64,000 nt of DNA from Epiperipatus broadwayi (Eukaryota > Animalia > Onychophora), in the NCBI GenBank assembly GCA_028023455.1, contig JAQFVV010000001.1, forward strand, positions 23,870,001 through 23,934,000. The letters are read 5' to 3'. This document shows positions 1 to 13,116 of this stretch, one piece after another. The notes beneath the pieces are model-generated. The model worked only from the letters and a program-made list of their open reading frames with translations, was not told the DNA's origin and made no database searches. How positions within the stretch are numbered: the stretch's first letter is position 1; each line of letters begins with the position of its first letter. The position numbers and the translations under genes are program-made.

Positions 1-1558
1 ATCAGTTGTCTGTAGACACAAACTCAATAAATATTTTTTCTGATTTTCAAAAAAAATTAACTTATACTTAATAAAGTCTAATATTTTTTCTATGATACTA
101 CTTTAATTCTATTAGTCTTACTAATTTGTTTTCTGAATTTTGAGTTCTAGTTTTTAAAATCATTCAGATTATTTTAATAAGCAGGTTTTGTATGTCTGAA
201 CATGGATCAGTGTGTGCCTATATTTAAGACATAGACTTAAAACATTTACGGACACATTTTGATAATGGAAAAGGTTTTATTCTAAATCATTTTATAAGTT
301 TTATAAAAAAGTTATGTTGTTTTAAAAAGTTATATTATTTAAGCCTTTTATTTTGTTTGAAAAGGTTAGAATTTTACTTGACTTGTCCAGCTAACATCCT
401 TAGGTCAGAGATTAATAAAAAGACAGGGATAAAGTTCAATTTTAAATGATAAAAGGCCATGTGGAAGTGTAAAAACAGAGTCATTAATCAGTCATTGGAA
501 TTAACTAGAAATAAAGATCATTTTGGGGACCAGACTCAACAATTAATTTTAGAAAAAAAATTAACAATTTTGAAATACTTTAATTAGATGGTTTAATTGG
601 TAGAAGCCATGTTTTTCTGATTGAGAAGTCATGAGGCAGACTAACTTATATAAAAAGCTGAAAATAAGTCTGTTAGAGGAGAATAAACTAAATTGTGGGG
701 AAGAAATAAGACTTGATTGCTGCCAGAAACCAGCATTATTTTATATATTTTTTTGAAAGTTTTCTACATCCCAATGACAGGCTAAATATATATTTTGTCA
801 TGGGCCATCCAGCCAACCAAAGATACCAATGTACATAGGAAGAGTTTGAACCCAAAGTATTAAACATCTTATAACCGATTGCTAAAAATAAGAAACTGAT
901 TTCTCACCTGTGTTTTTAAATCTAAATAGATAATAAATAAAATTTCTGAAATTTGTGTGAAACTATGCTATATCATTTATGCCATTTCCTGAGTTTAAAC
1001 CTAAGCAGTATGTTAAATATATGGGAAACAGCAAATATCCATGGCCTATTAAAAGTAATTATATTGAGAAGAAATGAAGAAACCTTTCTAGTGCTAAATG
1101 GTTCCTATGGAAGCAAATGATTTCACCACCATCATCATCACAGTAAAAGAATTGCAAGCCCAACAAGCCAAGAAGAAAAAATGGGACTGTTCCAGTAAAC
1201 TGCTGTAATTGGTAAAAATATGGAAAATATATGTGTTACATATTGGTGTGTGGCTGCTGTCAAATTATAAACCTTCAATGAGCTGAATTTGAAATCTTGG
1301 AAAGTGCATGCCTCAAGAAAGTCAAAGAAGAAATGGTAATATAAATTTTAATTATATTTTTTTATATCAGCGACTATTAACAAATCTTTCAATAACAAAT
1401 CCTTTTATCTTTTTTAATCTCTGAATCTTAATACAAAATCAATTAAAGATTTTTAGTAATAATTGTTTTATTGATATGTATTCTGAAATTATTATATGTA
1501 TCCATTTATCTATGTATTTATTTTTATAAAATGTATTATTGTATATTAATTCAAAATT

Positions 1559-1800
1559 ATGAAATATGTTGTTTATTATATGTCAGAAGGGTTTAATAAT
1601 ATTTTATTCATAATGGGGCTCAACACATACACACGTAGAGTAATACAATCATGCTTACTCACATGCATAGTTGTTGAGTATAAGTGTCATAAGTTGGTAG
1701 AAAGTTTAACATTAAGAGAGTTGGATATTTTTAAAATGGTTAGTGACCTCCATTGGTAAAAAAGGAGATAGATAATTTGAAGCTTATTTCTGTAAATGCT
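1559..1800 (+). pseudogene. Degraded fragment resembling the Penelope-like RT thumb/linker region
   Basis: ...SCLLT...VESLTLRELDIFK...LHW*KKEIDNLKLI resembles the PLE pattern S.HP..K....SL..RA..ICS...EL..L. Similarity judged by eye only. Confidence 0.3.
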
Positions 1801-3109
1801 CTTATCTCTCTTTAGTCTTACCTTTTCTAATTAGTTTTTTTAATATTATGTTTAAATTTATAAAGATGAAAATATCTATGTTATACATAATAGGCAAGTG
1901 TGTGCGTGCAGTGTTTATTTTTTTTATGAAATGTTTTTTTTTATATAAAAATTGTATTTATTCATTATAGAAATTAATGCGCATGCACTACACTAGAATA
2001 GGAACATTGAATTTACTTGTCATTAAGGAAAAGGGGGGAAAGATCTTTAGTATCATTAATATTATTTAAAAGGTAAACAATTTGTCATTATTAATTATAT
2101 AAATGTTTTATCTGTATTATGTATATTTTATCAGTCAGTAATAAATGTTAATTTTTTTTTATTAAAAGAGGTGTATATCTTTATAAGAGTTATTCATTGT
2201 CTTGTTAATTATGATCATTCATCATCACTAATGAATATTAATCAAGTTATAATTTAAATATATTAATGTTTAGACAAATAATTATAGGTTTATAAAATAT
2301 AGTTTATGTTGTGAATTAGTTCTAAAGCTGTAGCTAGAATCATCATCATCATCATTTTATTATTATTAATAAATAGATTAAATAAATGAGTTTAATGGCC
2401 ATATATAGAAATAATGGTTCTCACTATGTTGTTTGTGAGATATATAGACATGATTATCATGGATGCATCTGATAAATCTATAAATCTGATAAATCTATCA
2501 TGCTTAAACTGAACTGGTAATACCTGTGAAAATATTGAGAATTCATAATATAAAATCTTATAGTTTTTATTTGCACAATTAAAATGTTATTTTCCCTTCA
2601 TACAAGTGCATGTGTTATAAGGATTGTACCAAGTGGGTTTGAACCAATACACATATGAATAGGTATATGATATAACTTTATTTAGGTTTAAACAACCTAG
2701 TGGCATCCAGGTAAATATCTATATATAAGTAAACTGAAATAAAAGAGAAATAAGCGTTTTGATTTTCTTTTTTTTCCAAGCTTGATGATATTTCATATTT
2801 TATTTTTGATATTTTAATTAGTTACAAATAGTGCCAGTGTGTGGCTATGAACGTGTTGTAGATATGTGGAAAGAGGAAAAGTGATGATTTTTTGTTGAAA
2901 GAATCTATTATTAGAAATAAATATAATTTCACTATATTGATTTCACTATCATTTTTTATTCAGTTACAATAACTAATATTTATTTATATAGTTACAATAA
3001 AATGGCTACAATGACTTCCAAAATCTGGAGTCTTAAGAGAATAATGACTAATATTTTTTTTAGTTACAATATATATAAATTAATAATCAATGTATGTATT
3101 CCAGTTATA

Positions 3110-4680
3110 GTCAAATATATATAATTCTTTGAAAAACATTACAATAATTAATGCAGTAAACAATATTTTAAAAACAAATATATACTATAATTTAATAGAA
3201 AATTCGATTACAAAAAACTGTTATAAATGCATACAAAAACAATTACGTCATATATCAATTTCCCCACAATTCATTAATTTTAATGTTAGCAGCTTGTCTA
3301 TTTATAAAATGCTGCTTTCCATTTCTTATTAACATAGCTTCTTTAATTTTATGTTTATTATTATTTCTTTCAGTACATAAAATCTTAACTTTATTAACAT
3401 CAAAATCAAAACCATATATACATGTAATATTAAGATCAAAGAATATTGAAGGTGGCATCATTTCTAACACTCTCTTGTCTTGATTTTTGCACTCATTTAT
3501 ATAGCAATAAATGCTCCTTTGATCTTTTCTCCAATGTACACCAAGATTCATCTATATATGCTTTTCCACAAATACACCACCATTTATATATTGCACAATT
3601 TGATTTAAAATACTACATCTATTTTTTGAATTATTTATCAATCTATTTAAATTAGGAGTAGTATAAAATGTGACTCTACATATATTTTTATATATTTGCC
3701 TTATAAATTTCACTTGTTCATTACAAATAAATGGCATTGATATCCAAGTATATTTCATTTTATCAATATCTATAGCACTTAAAATATTACAGTTATTATT
3801 AAACTTACTAACAATACTATAAATCAATTTATGATTATATCCAATATTTAATAAATCCATAGTAAATACATTTATATTACTTATTTTATCAGAATTATAT
3901 TTACATAACTTATTATTCCTAAATAAAAATGATTTTAGACCAGATAATTTATGTACTATTGGCACATTTGAATCCCAAGGAATATATCTTTTTTCAATAT
4001 TTTTTATTACCGTACAATAATTTAATTTATTTTTATTACGAGTAACTTAATATCCAAATATTGAATTGACATTTTTTCTTCAAAAGATTTACTCCTTTTA
4101 CACCTTCTAAACTATTTAATTCATTAAATAACCAATTGATATCTAAACTTCCACAAATAAAAATATAATCAACATACCTGTAATATATTTTAATACTTTT
4201 GTAATATATATTATTATTATTATTATTAAGAATTATATCTTCATATCTTGATATTACAAAACTACATATTTGTGAAACTACTGGAAGATCCATAGGCCAA
4301 CCATTATCCATTTTATAACAATCTTCATTAAACATAGCATATATATTTTTATTCATAAAATATAACACATCATTTATAAATTTTATTTTCTTAACATCAA
4401 CTTTTTTTAACATTAAAGCATCTAATATAATTTGTATAGATTTTAATCTATTTATTGAACTGTACAACTCACATATATCATATGTACACATACAATCATT
4501 TTCATTAATATTAATAATATGAATTTTCTTTACAAAATCAAATGATGAATTAATAGTATATTTTCCAAATCCAAGAACATCTTTTAATAATGTTTCTATA
4601 AATCTACAAGTTTCATAGTAAAATGATCCACCAAAGTCAATCATTAATATTAAAAGCTTATCTTGTTTATATAATTTAAA
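3110..4680 (-). mobile_element. Penelope-like element (PLE) relic: reverse transcriptase, linker and GIY-YIG endonuclease, 5'-truncated and frameshifted
   Basis: ORF 4036-4644 has RT motifs (YDICELYSSI; YKMDNGWPMDLPVVS resembling QxxGxxMGxPxS; YRYVDY resembling RYVDD). 3544-3591 reads IYKWWCICGKAYIDES (GIY-YIG-like). ORF 3255-3551 ends ERNNNKHKIKEAMLI, typical of the PLE endonuclease C-terminus. Confidence 0.8.
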
Positions 4681-5210
4681 GGTTTACCTTGTTTATGTAA
4701 TATATAAATAGCAGTGTGTTTGTGGAAAAGCATATTTAGGTGAATCTCGGTGTTTTGGAGCATTTATTGCTATATAAATGAGTGCAAAAATCAAGACAAG
4801 AGTGTTAGAAATGATGATATATCACATCCTGTATTCTTTGATCATAATGTTACATGTATATATGGTTTTGATTTTGATGTTAATAAAATCAAGATTTTCT
4901 ATATTGAAAGAAATAATAATAAACATAAAATTAAAGAAGCTATTTTAATAAAAAATGGAAAGCAGCATTTGATAAATAGACAAGCTGCTAGCATAAAAAT
5001 TAATGAATTGTGGGAAAATTGATGTATGACATAATTGTTTTTGTATACATTTATAATGGTTTTTTGTAATCGAATTTAAATATAGTTGATAATGACTACT
5101 TAGATAATCGAAAGTACTTTTATTAAATTATAGTACATATTTGTTTTTAAAATATTGTTTACTGTATTAATTATTGTATTGTTTTTCGAAGAATTATATA
5201 TATATTATAG
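4680..5210 (+). repeat. Inverted copy of the PLE 3' end (endonuclease tail plus 3' UTR; inverted pseudo-LTR)
   Basis: Reverse complement of about 3115-3620. 4697-4747 reads VIYK*QCVCGKAYLGES, and ORF 4750-5022 is nearly identical in peptide to ORF 3255-3551. Confidence 0.88.
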
Positions 5211-6089
5211 AAACTACACAATATTCTTTTTTTTATTGTTTTTGGCACTTTCATAATGCATACACATAAATTTGAAATTTTAAAGTATTATAAGTATAGT
5301 AAGTATATACTGTATATTGTAATGGTATGTTATGTATTTTGAGGTATATAAATGTTATTTGAATATTGATTTATTAATTTAAAAAAGTCTGAAGAGGTCA
5401 TTATCTTCCAGACTTTCAGAAATCATCAAATATTTTTTTTCAATTGTTTTTGAAAAAAAAAGTACATCCTCCAAGGCAGTGACAGATTTACTTCTTTATA
5501 TGTTAATTTTTATTAATCATTCAGTAGACTAGAGATTATCCACTTAATGAATAATATTTCTGTAATGTAATTTTCACTACAGCATTTTCATGCAAGATAG
5601 GGACTGATTTCTAACTGCTTTAAACACAATATGGAGGGTTGTGATTATAAATATATTAACCAAAGACATGTGAAAAGATATATGATCCCCAAAATGCACA
5701 TTTTATGCTGAACCAGCACTCATAAGTTGGCCCAGATTACAATCTCTTACACATATATTTATCATTGCTCAGTATATATTAGCCAATTACTACAGTTTAA
5801 TTAATGTGTTAAACTTACTGCCCTCACACCTTCCACAAGATGTTAAATGTGAATAATTAGAAAACAATTCCTACCATTCATGAGAATACCTTACAGAAAT
5901 ATTAGTCATTAAGTATATCTTTATAATCTGTTTCTTGTGGCATTTGTGAGATTACTTTGAGAACATTTTTGAAATAAAAAAAAATATGATTTTTGTTAAT
6001 TTAATAAATATTTCGGATTATTTTTATACAGTAATTGCTTAATAATTATTTAAAACAAAAAGAATACATATTTGTGGTTTGATTATATT

Positions 6090-6560
6090 CATACAATGGA
6101 GCCATGAATTATGCTGTATCTAATTATGATATTTTGATGGTTTTATACCTATCCTGTCCATGGGATGATAGTGACTGTGGTTTTTGAATAACCAAAGACA
6201 CCAAAATGTATAGATGCTGTACTGAGTTCAGATTTATATGACTATTCAAGTGAATGAGCTTGGATTGGAAACATTATGGTTTTCATCTTTGGCTTTTAGC
6301 TTTATAGTTAACCAAATATGTAAAAGGTGGTTACTGAAGGTTGTATTAGATCCTAAGATCTAAGTGTGATGCTCTCAATCCAAAGCTTCTCACTAATGAA
6401 AGCCACAAGCTAGAAACTAGCCTGGAAATGTTGGATGAGTAGGCACTAGATAGGAATTTTATGCAAAAACCTTCCTGCATCCATCGACTACAAAGGCTTG
6501 CACTTGGTGGCACTACTGTATGGAGTTTGGTACTCTTATTAATAGCATGTGTAAGCATAT
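6090..6560 (+). mobile_element. Hammerhead-containing ~450-bp non-coding repeat, copy 1 (diverged)
   Basis: Aligns by eye along its length to the reverse complement of 51231-51700 (for example ccaaagacaccaaa, ctgagttcaga, tagatcctaagatcta, actgtatggag). Both ends fall in the same part of the unit, suggesting slight terminal redundancy. Confidence 0.8.
6387..6428 (+). ncRNA. Decayed minimal type I hammerhead ribozyme motif
   Basis: TTCTCA-CTAATGA-A-AGC-CACAA-GCT-A-GAAA-CTAG-CC-TGGAAA. Homologous to 51338-51379, with core mutations (CUGANGA to CUAAUGA; GUC to GCC) but a compensatory AGC/GCT stem II. Confidence 0.55.
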
Positions 6561-7567
6561 GAAATGTTTATCATATAATGTTTTTATCAGAAAGAAAGTA
6601 ATTAAATAACTTTTTGAATAATTCAAGCTATTTGTATTGAATTAAATTTAAAATAAATGCACCACCTCTCTTTTTCATATATAAATGAAATCATTAAATT
6701 ACTTAAGCTTCCAGAATAAAGAAAGCTAATAGCAATATTATTATAAAGCTATTAACTTTGACATCATTGTCAGGTTTTCAGCAGTATCACTTATCACAAT
6801 AACTTATAATAATAATAAAAATCACACCTTTTCACAGTTTTTTCGATTTTCAAATCTTTTTATAAGTTTTCTAAATGAGATCATTCTCTTTAAACAATTT
6901 CATAAAAAAACTTAGAATTCATTCATTATATTTTAAAGAAAATTATTATTTTAATTTTTTATTCTGTGTTTTTAAAATTATTTTATAAGTCAAAACATTT
7001 CAAAATGGCAACAATTTAAAGTGAAAATCTTCTGTGTAGAGTGCCATTTGTTGTAAACATATATGATCATGTTGTAAGATAGTAGTAACAACTAGATTAC
7101 TAAACAAATTTTCTGGGTCATAAATTTTTGTTAATGAAGAGTATTGAATCCAGCAACAATTTTTATACTAATTAGCAACATGAATAATCAAATTTTAGGA
7201 CTAAACATCAAGTTTTATGAATGTGTTTGCCTATTGTATTCAGATAACATGTTAAATCTTTAATTTTCTTATCTTTTTATAGTTTTAAGAATGAACTTTT
7301 ATATTTGCATTTTTTGAAATATTTTTTCTTTTATCACTAAAATACTGGGAGTGTGTTACTTATCATTAATTTTTTCAATAATTTATTTACAATAACATTT
7401 TTTAAAAAGGACACTATACAACTTAATTATACATAAAATTAGGGAGAAGCATTACGAATTAAGAATGCTATAAAAAATTCATTGTTTAAATCTATTTTTA
7501 AAATGCAATATATTTCATTAGCAAAAAGTAAATAAACATAATAATAATGTCAGTATTTGATATTTAA

Positions 7568-7789
<222 letters not shown>

Positions 7790-8727
7790 TAAATGTTGTA
7801 ATTATTAATTTTTTAAAATTGATATTAAAGACTTCATATTTCAAAAAGGAAGTCTTTTTAAAATTTATGCTTCCAAAGATATTACATATTGTATAAATAA
7901 ACTAAACATATAATGGTTGAGACCATACATTAAAAAATTACAGATCACTATCTTTAAGGTAATTGCACCATTATACTACTTTTTAGATCAAGGATAAGAA
8001 AAATTTTAAGAAATTATTGTCCTAATTAACATTTTGCTACAATAAAAATATTTTCAAGGATTTTCAATTGATATGAAAAATTACTTCTATCAGACAAGTG
8101 TTGTTAAAGAGTAAAAAAGAATTATAGACAGTTTAATTATAAGCCAATGTAAGAAAAGTATGGTCAATAATTTAAATATTGTTTTTATCAATTTCATCAA
8201 GACATTTAGTTTAATTAAAAAGATTTGTTATTGTTTGAAACTAATTGGTTGTCCACAAAAGATTATTATATAGACTCCATACAATTGTATAAAAGTAAGC
8301 ATCATTATTTTGGTAGTGGAAACATTTATGGTATTTAGATTTAAAAATGTTAAAACAAAAATGTCTGCAAACTTTTTTTCATATTTACAATAGTGGTCTT
8401 TAGTGTAATTCATAGTTGGTGTCATAAAGTTAGCATCAAGGTATGATAAAAATGTCATGGTGGAATTTTTAATTTCAATTAATAAAAACATCTTCTTAAC
8501 ACCTGCATTTGCACTATACCAATTATTGTGCTATTTTTGTCCAAAAGACATTGTAGGCAAACTTAGTTTTTTTTTTTTTTTTAGAAAACTGATGATTTAG
8601 AAGCCAATGATTAAAACATCAATTTTCAGCTTGAATAATTATCACCTTAATATCTTGCTGCATTTACTGAGTTTTTAATATAATACTTTAATAAATTAAT
8701 TGGGTATTTAGGTATTAGTCCTACAAC

Positions 8728-9984
8728 ATGGAGCATGTATTAGACCTTGCATCTTTTCACATTCATATATTTTCCACTGATCAGACATTACAGTTCTTTG
8801 GAAATGGCATTGAGGATTATTCCTTCAAGCCTAATTTAAAAAGATTGATACCAATGATGAATCAAGATGACACTAATGCTCACACAGTGATTCCATCCAC
8901 AAGAAGTGTGGAAATGGTTAAACCGTGCAACCAAGGAACTCAGAATGAGTTGAATAAACACTGCTGGAAATTTAAGGCAAGCCATTAATTCAAAACCTAT
9001 AGTCATGATGATGGTGCCAAAAATGAAGTATTGTTAGTTCAAGAAGCCATCTCAAGGGATAAACACCTTCTTGAAACAATTAAATTTGATTACATGGTTA
9101 GAACATATCTTTGATCATCTTAGTCATGCTCTGTGGAAGTCTAAACTTCTTTATGATCCTGATGATGATCTGGGTATGAAAAATCCCAAGATGAGAAGGC
9201 AAATCATGTTGTGGTCCATTAAGCGAACGGATACACGGTTTCACAAGTTGTACAATACATATGAAGGCACATTCACATACATTAGGCATGTGAATAATAT
9301 TGCTTAAAAGAAAAAGCACATGTTAGGGGAGGACTTCAAAGATTGCAGACCATTGGAGCACATAAAAGGACTATGGAGAGAAATTGAATCCACTAAGATT
9401 TTGTAAAGTACATAGAGAAATTTGGACAATGATACAGATACTGACAAAGAAAAGACCTGCCCAAAAATATGTTATAAATGAAGACATTCCATTTATTGTA
9501 TTAAACCTTAATTTTTTATTATTATTCCCTTAAATGTAGAATGATAACCTACTCAGTCATTTAAATGAACATAAGTTTTAAGTTAACATAAGTCTGAAAT
9601 TAAGTAATAAATTTATTTAACATTCCTTATAGAGTGTTTTCAAATAGCTATGGTTACAATAAATATAAACCTGTAGCCATGAGAATTATAATAGATAAAT
9701 AATAGGATATATTGCAAGCTTAAGAGCAATTTACTATAAAGTCAAATCATAAAAATCAGAATGTAAGGTCTAAATATGAATTCAGAATTGGAGACAGAGT
9801 GTTAATAAAAACTCCACATCCTAGTAAACCACAGGAAGGTAAGTATCATAAGTTTAGTAATACATATGAGGGACCATATACCATTGTTAAGCAATCAGGT
9901 CCCAATGCATTTTGGGTAAACCAAGGAGGAGAGGTCTGAGGCATGTATAATGCCCGTATCTTAAAGCCTTATTTTGGATGTTAA
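8728..9984 (+). mobile_element. Ty3/gypsy integrase C-terminal relics (two GPY/F-like modules)
   Basis: 9781-9984 reads FRIGDRVLIKTPHPSKPQEGKYHKFSNTYEGPYTIVKQSGPNAFWV..*GMYNARILKPY. ORF 9071-9307 ends RFHKLYNTYEGTFTYIRHVNNIA, a second copy of the same module. Confidence 0.7.
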
Positions 9985-10306
9985 TAACAATTCAGGATAA
10001 TATCTGGAAATTTTTAACATAGCTGAGATATATAAGAAAAAAAGGTGCTTGTCTTATAGATAAAGATATCATTCGATGGCACCATTTTCACACTATATGA
10101 CCATTTCCAGGCCATTGATTTTAGTCATTTTGATGTATTTTTTGTAATGCGAAGATAAAAACAAAACAAAATCATCTTCTTTAACTATTATTTTTTATTA
10201 ACATATAAAAATTAAATGATAATAATAAATGTAAAATAAAATAAACAAATTACAATTTGATTCATGTTTTTTATTTGCTTTATTAGAAAAATCAATTTTC
10301 TATTGG

Positions 10307-10350
10307 AGGGTTAGGTTTAGGGTTAGTTTTAGGGTTAGGTTTAGGGCTAG
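10307..10350 (+). repeat. Telomere-like 12-bp microsatellite (AGGGTTAGGTTT)x~3.5
   Basis: agggttaggttt-agggttagtttt-agggttaggttt-agggctag, read directly. Confidence 0.85.
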
Positions 10351-11950
10351 TGTTCTGTTGTTTGTAATGCAAAAATGAAAAATATCAAAATTGTAACCAT
10401 AGTCGTAGAAAAGAAAGTAAAACTTTTTTAAACAACAATAAACACATATAAATGTCTTCTTTACTTATTAACCATGTTTATAATATATGCTTTTTATGAA
10501 ATTTACAAAAACTTTGCAGAATTGTACTTTTCTTACTGGATATTTTTGTGTTACTGCTCTTTTTTACTTCAAAAATATACACATGGTATCTTGTTTGTCT
10601 CGTGGAATGTTATGAACAGTATGTTACTTGACGCATTACCTAATTCCAACTCACTTTACACATATATCTTGTCAACATTTTCCCAATTAAAACTTCAATA
10701 CAGTATGTTGTAAAAAGTCTGATAATTATTACTTTACAAAATCTGAACATTTCAATAATTTAAAATAATAAAAAAATCCAATGAAAACAACATTTCCATC
10801 CAATTCAAATACACCCCCTCTCACCAAGCCGTAACAATTTTATAAACTGTGCAAATTCGGAAAATTTATTTGCTGTGATGCGACATACATGCTGTACTGT
10901 GACGCGACATAGCGGCCTGCAATCTGTAGCACAACAAAAAAGTTGTATTATAGAAAATGCGGGTTTGAATGTGTCGGCTGCGGAAATGGCATTTTTGTGT
11001 TTTAGCATGAAAATGGCGCCATAGAGCGGCATCTTTAGCTATAAGACTAGAACCAAGAAAAGGGTAAACTTTGTAAAAATAGCAAGTGCAATGTATAATA
11101 TATATATATGTATAAACACATATATATAGTACAGGCTTAGGGATATTAAGTTTGATGAGGGTTTTACCCAAGATATGCTTAGATGCAATTATGGGAATAT
11201 CTAGAGGCTAACTTAAACAAACATGTTTTGATATTTGGCTAGACCTTCCAAATCCAATAAGCCTCAAAGGAGTATGGAGAAGATTAGAAAATAAATAATT
11301 TCATGTGCCTTCTGTAACAGACACATTCTTGGTTATGCCTCAATTATAAAACCATCAAAGCTCTAAATCCAGCACACTCTTTGAACTTCCCAAAACCAGC
11401 TGTTAAATAATAATAAAAATGGTAGAAAGTAAAGAAATTGATGTAGCAATCCTTCACCAAACCCAAAATAATCATATATTCTTAACATACTTGTGAGTGC
11501 TAAAATTTAAAATCCAGTTTAAAATTTTAACTCTGTTTAGGAGAGGGGTGTTGTAAGAGATGGCTTACAACCAACCTTCACATCTGTCCCAGTTTCTTTC
11601 ACAATGTTTGAATTCAGACCAAGATGGTAGGCAAATAAAATATCCTACATACCTGCTTATGCACATGTAGCATATACATAGATAAACATACATATAAAAT
11701 ATGCTTTAATACAAATTACATTGAAATATTTTAAGTAAATTATAAATTAGCATACTAAAAGTAGATGTGATTTGGAGCTAAGCATTTCATTGTGACATCT
11801 TTAACATCCTACTCGAAGGCTTAGGTCTGACAGTAGTGAGATGCACCTATTTTGTTATATTCCATTTCCAATTCTGTAATATATGGCGCACCCAAATGGG
11901 ATGTCAAATCATAAATTTAGGATATGACTTGTTATAGGTTGGTTGACACA

Positions 11951-12183
11951 TTGTATTCAAGTCATCCAACTGCTGAGTCATATTCATGTCATTGTATGGT
12001 ATATCCTGTGGTTCTGTTATAACATCAATCTTCTGATGACTTTGTAATCTTGTGATCTGACCAAAATAACATGTACAAGGGTCTTGTACACGATATTTTT
12101 TGCAAGATTTGCAAAAATAATGTGTACATGAATCTTGTATATATTTTCAAAAGATTACAAAGTTATTGGCAGCTTGAATACAT
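11951..12183. repeat. Imperfect fold-back palindrome (MITE-like)
   Basis: Nested inverted pairs: tgtattcaag/cttgaataca, ctttgtaatctt/aagattacaaag, gtacac..ttttgcaa/ttgcaaaa..gtgtac around a 3-nt centre (gat). The left arm carries an extra ~70 bp. Confidence 0.65.
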
Positions 12184-12869
12184 ATGTGAACAGACATAGC
12201 ATGTCTAATATGTGCTCCATGTTGCAGGACTAAACAGTACCACTTTCACACGCAGAAAAGTATAAAATATAGAGTGGCATTATATATGACTCTCACAAAA
12301 AAAATCAATAATAAAAAGAACATTTAAAAAAAATATTGATTTTCCCTACAGAAATATAAGCAACTTTCACACGAAAAAGTTTAAAATATCGATATTAAAA
12401 AGAACATTTAATGGAAAAAATATTCAGAAATATATATGACTTTCACATGAAAAACTATAAAATTTGTAACAACACTAAAGATAAGAATTTCACATTTTTT
12501 CAGCCCAAAAATATGTAAAATATGAGATGCTATTATGCAAGTTGCAAATGTTACTTTAAATATGGACAAAACAATCACTAAATTACAAAAATAGCCTAGA
12601 ATATTATTTACAAAAAAACATTAAATAAATACATATGTTACTTACTGTCTAATATATGACAGGAATTGTCACATTGAAACAAGCCATTTGTCATTTACTT
12701 TTTTTGACACAAAATGGAAATTGCAACTGAAAATCGCCCCCCCCACCCAATGGAGTTTTACTGAACATGTGATTGCACAGTACATCACCTGAATGGGATT
12801 TTCCACAAAAATGTAATAAACAAATGCATTTTTTAAAAAAAAAATTCACAAAATAAAGTAATATAAATT

Positions 12870-13116
12870 ACAACTGTAAATGAAGTGGATCACCATTAGG
12901 AATGGGATTCTAGAACCTTCCAACCATATTGTTCCCTTACAAATGGCAATTTCATTGTTGCAACCTTGAATATAATAACACCACTGTTTGTCCAAGATGT
13001 GTATGGAAAAGTTCATACTGTCTATTTAGATACATTTTTACTGATGGTAGGATTCCTTGATCTTGAAAATATAGCATGGCATTGATTTCAATAGTTGGCA
13101 GCTTCCAAATTGTCAT
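12870..13116 (-). pseudogene. Merlin/IS1595-type transposase N-terminal relic
   Basis: MTIWKLPTIEINAMLYFQDQGILPSVKM / (frameshift) SMNFSIHILDKQWCYYIQGCNNEIAICKGTIWLEGSRIPFLMVIHFIY is colinear with the N-terminus of ORF 60371-60787 (MKVWDLPKTELEAVEFLQSKNVMPS...QWKCNIKAC...RTWLEDCKLPFVTSIQIIY). Confidence 0.75.
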
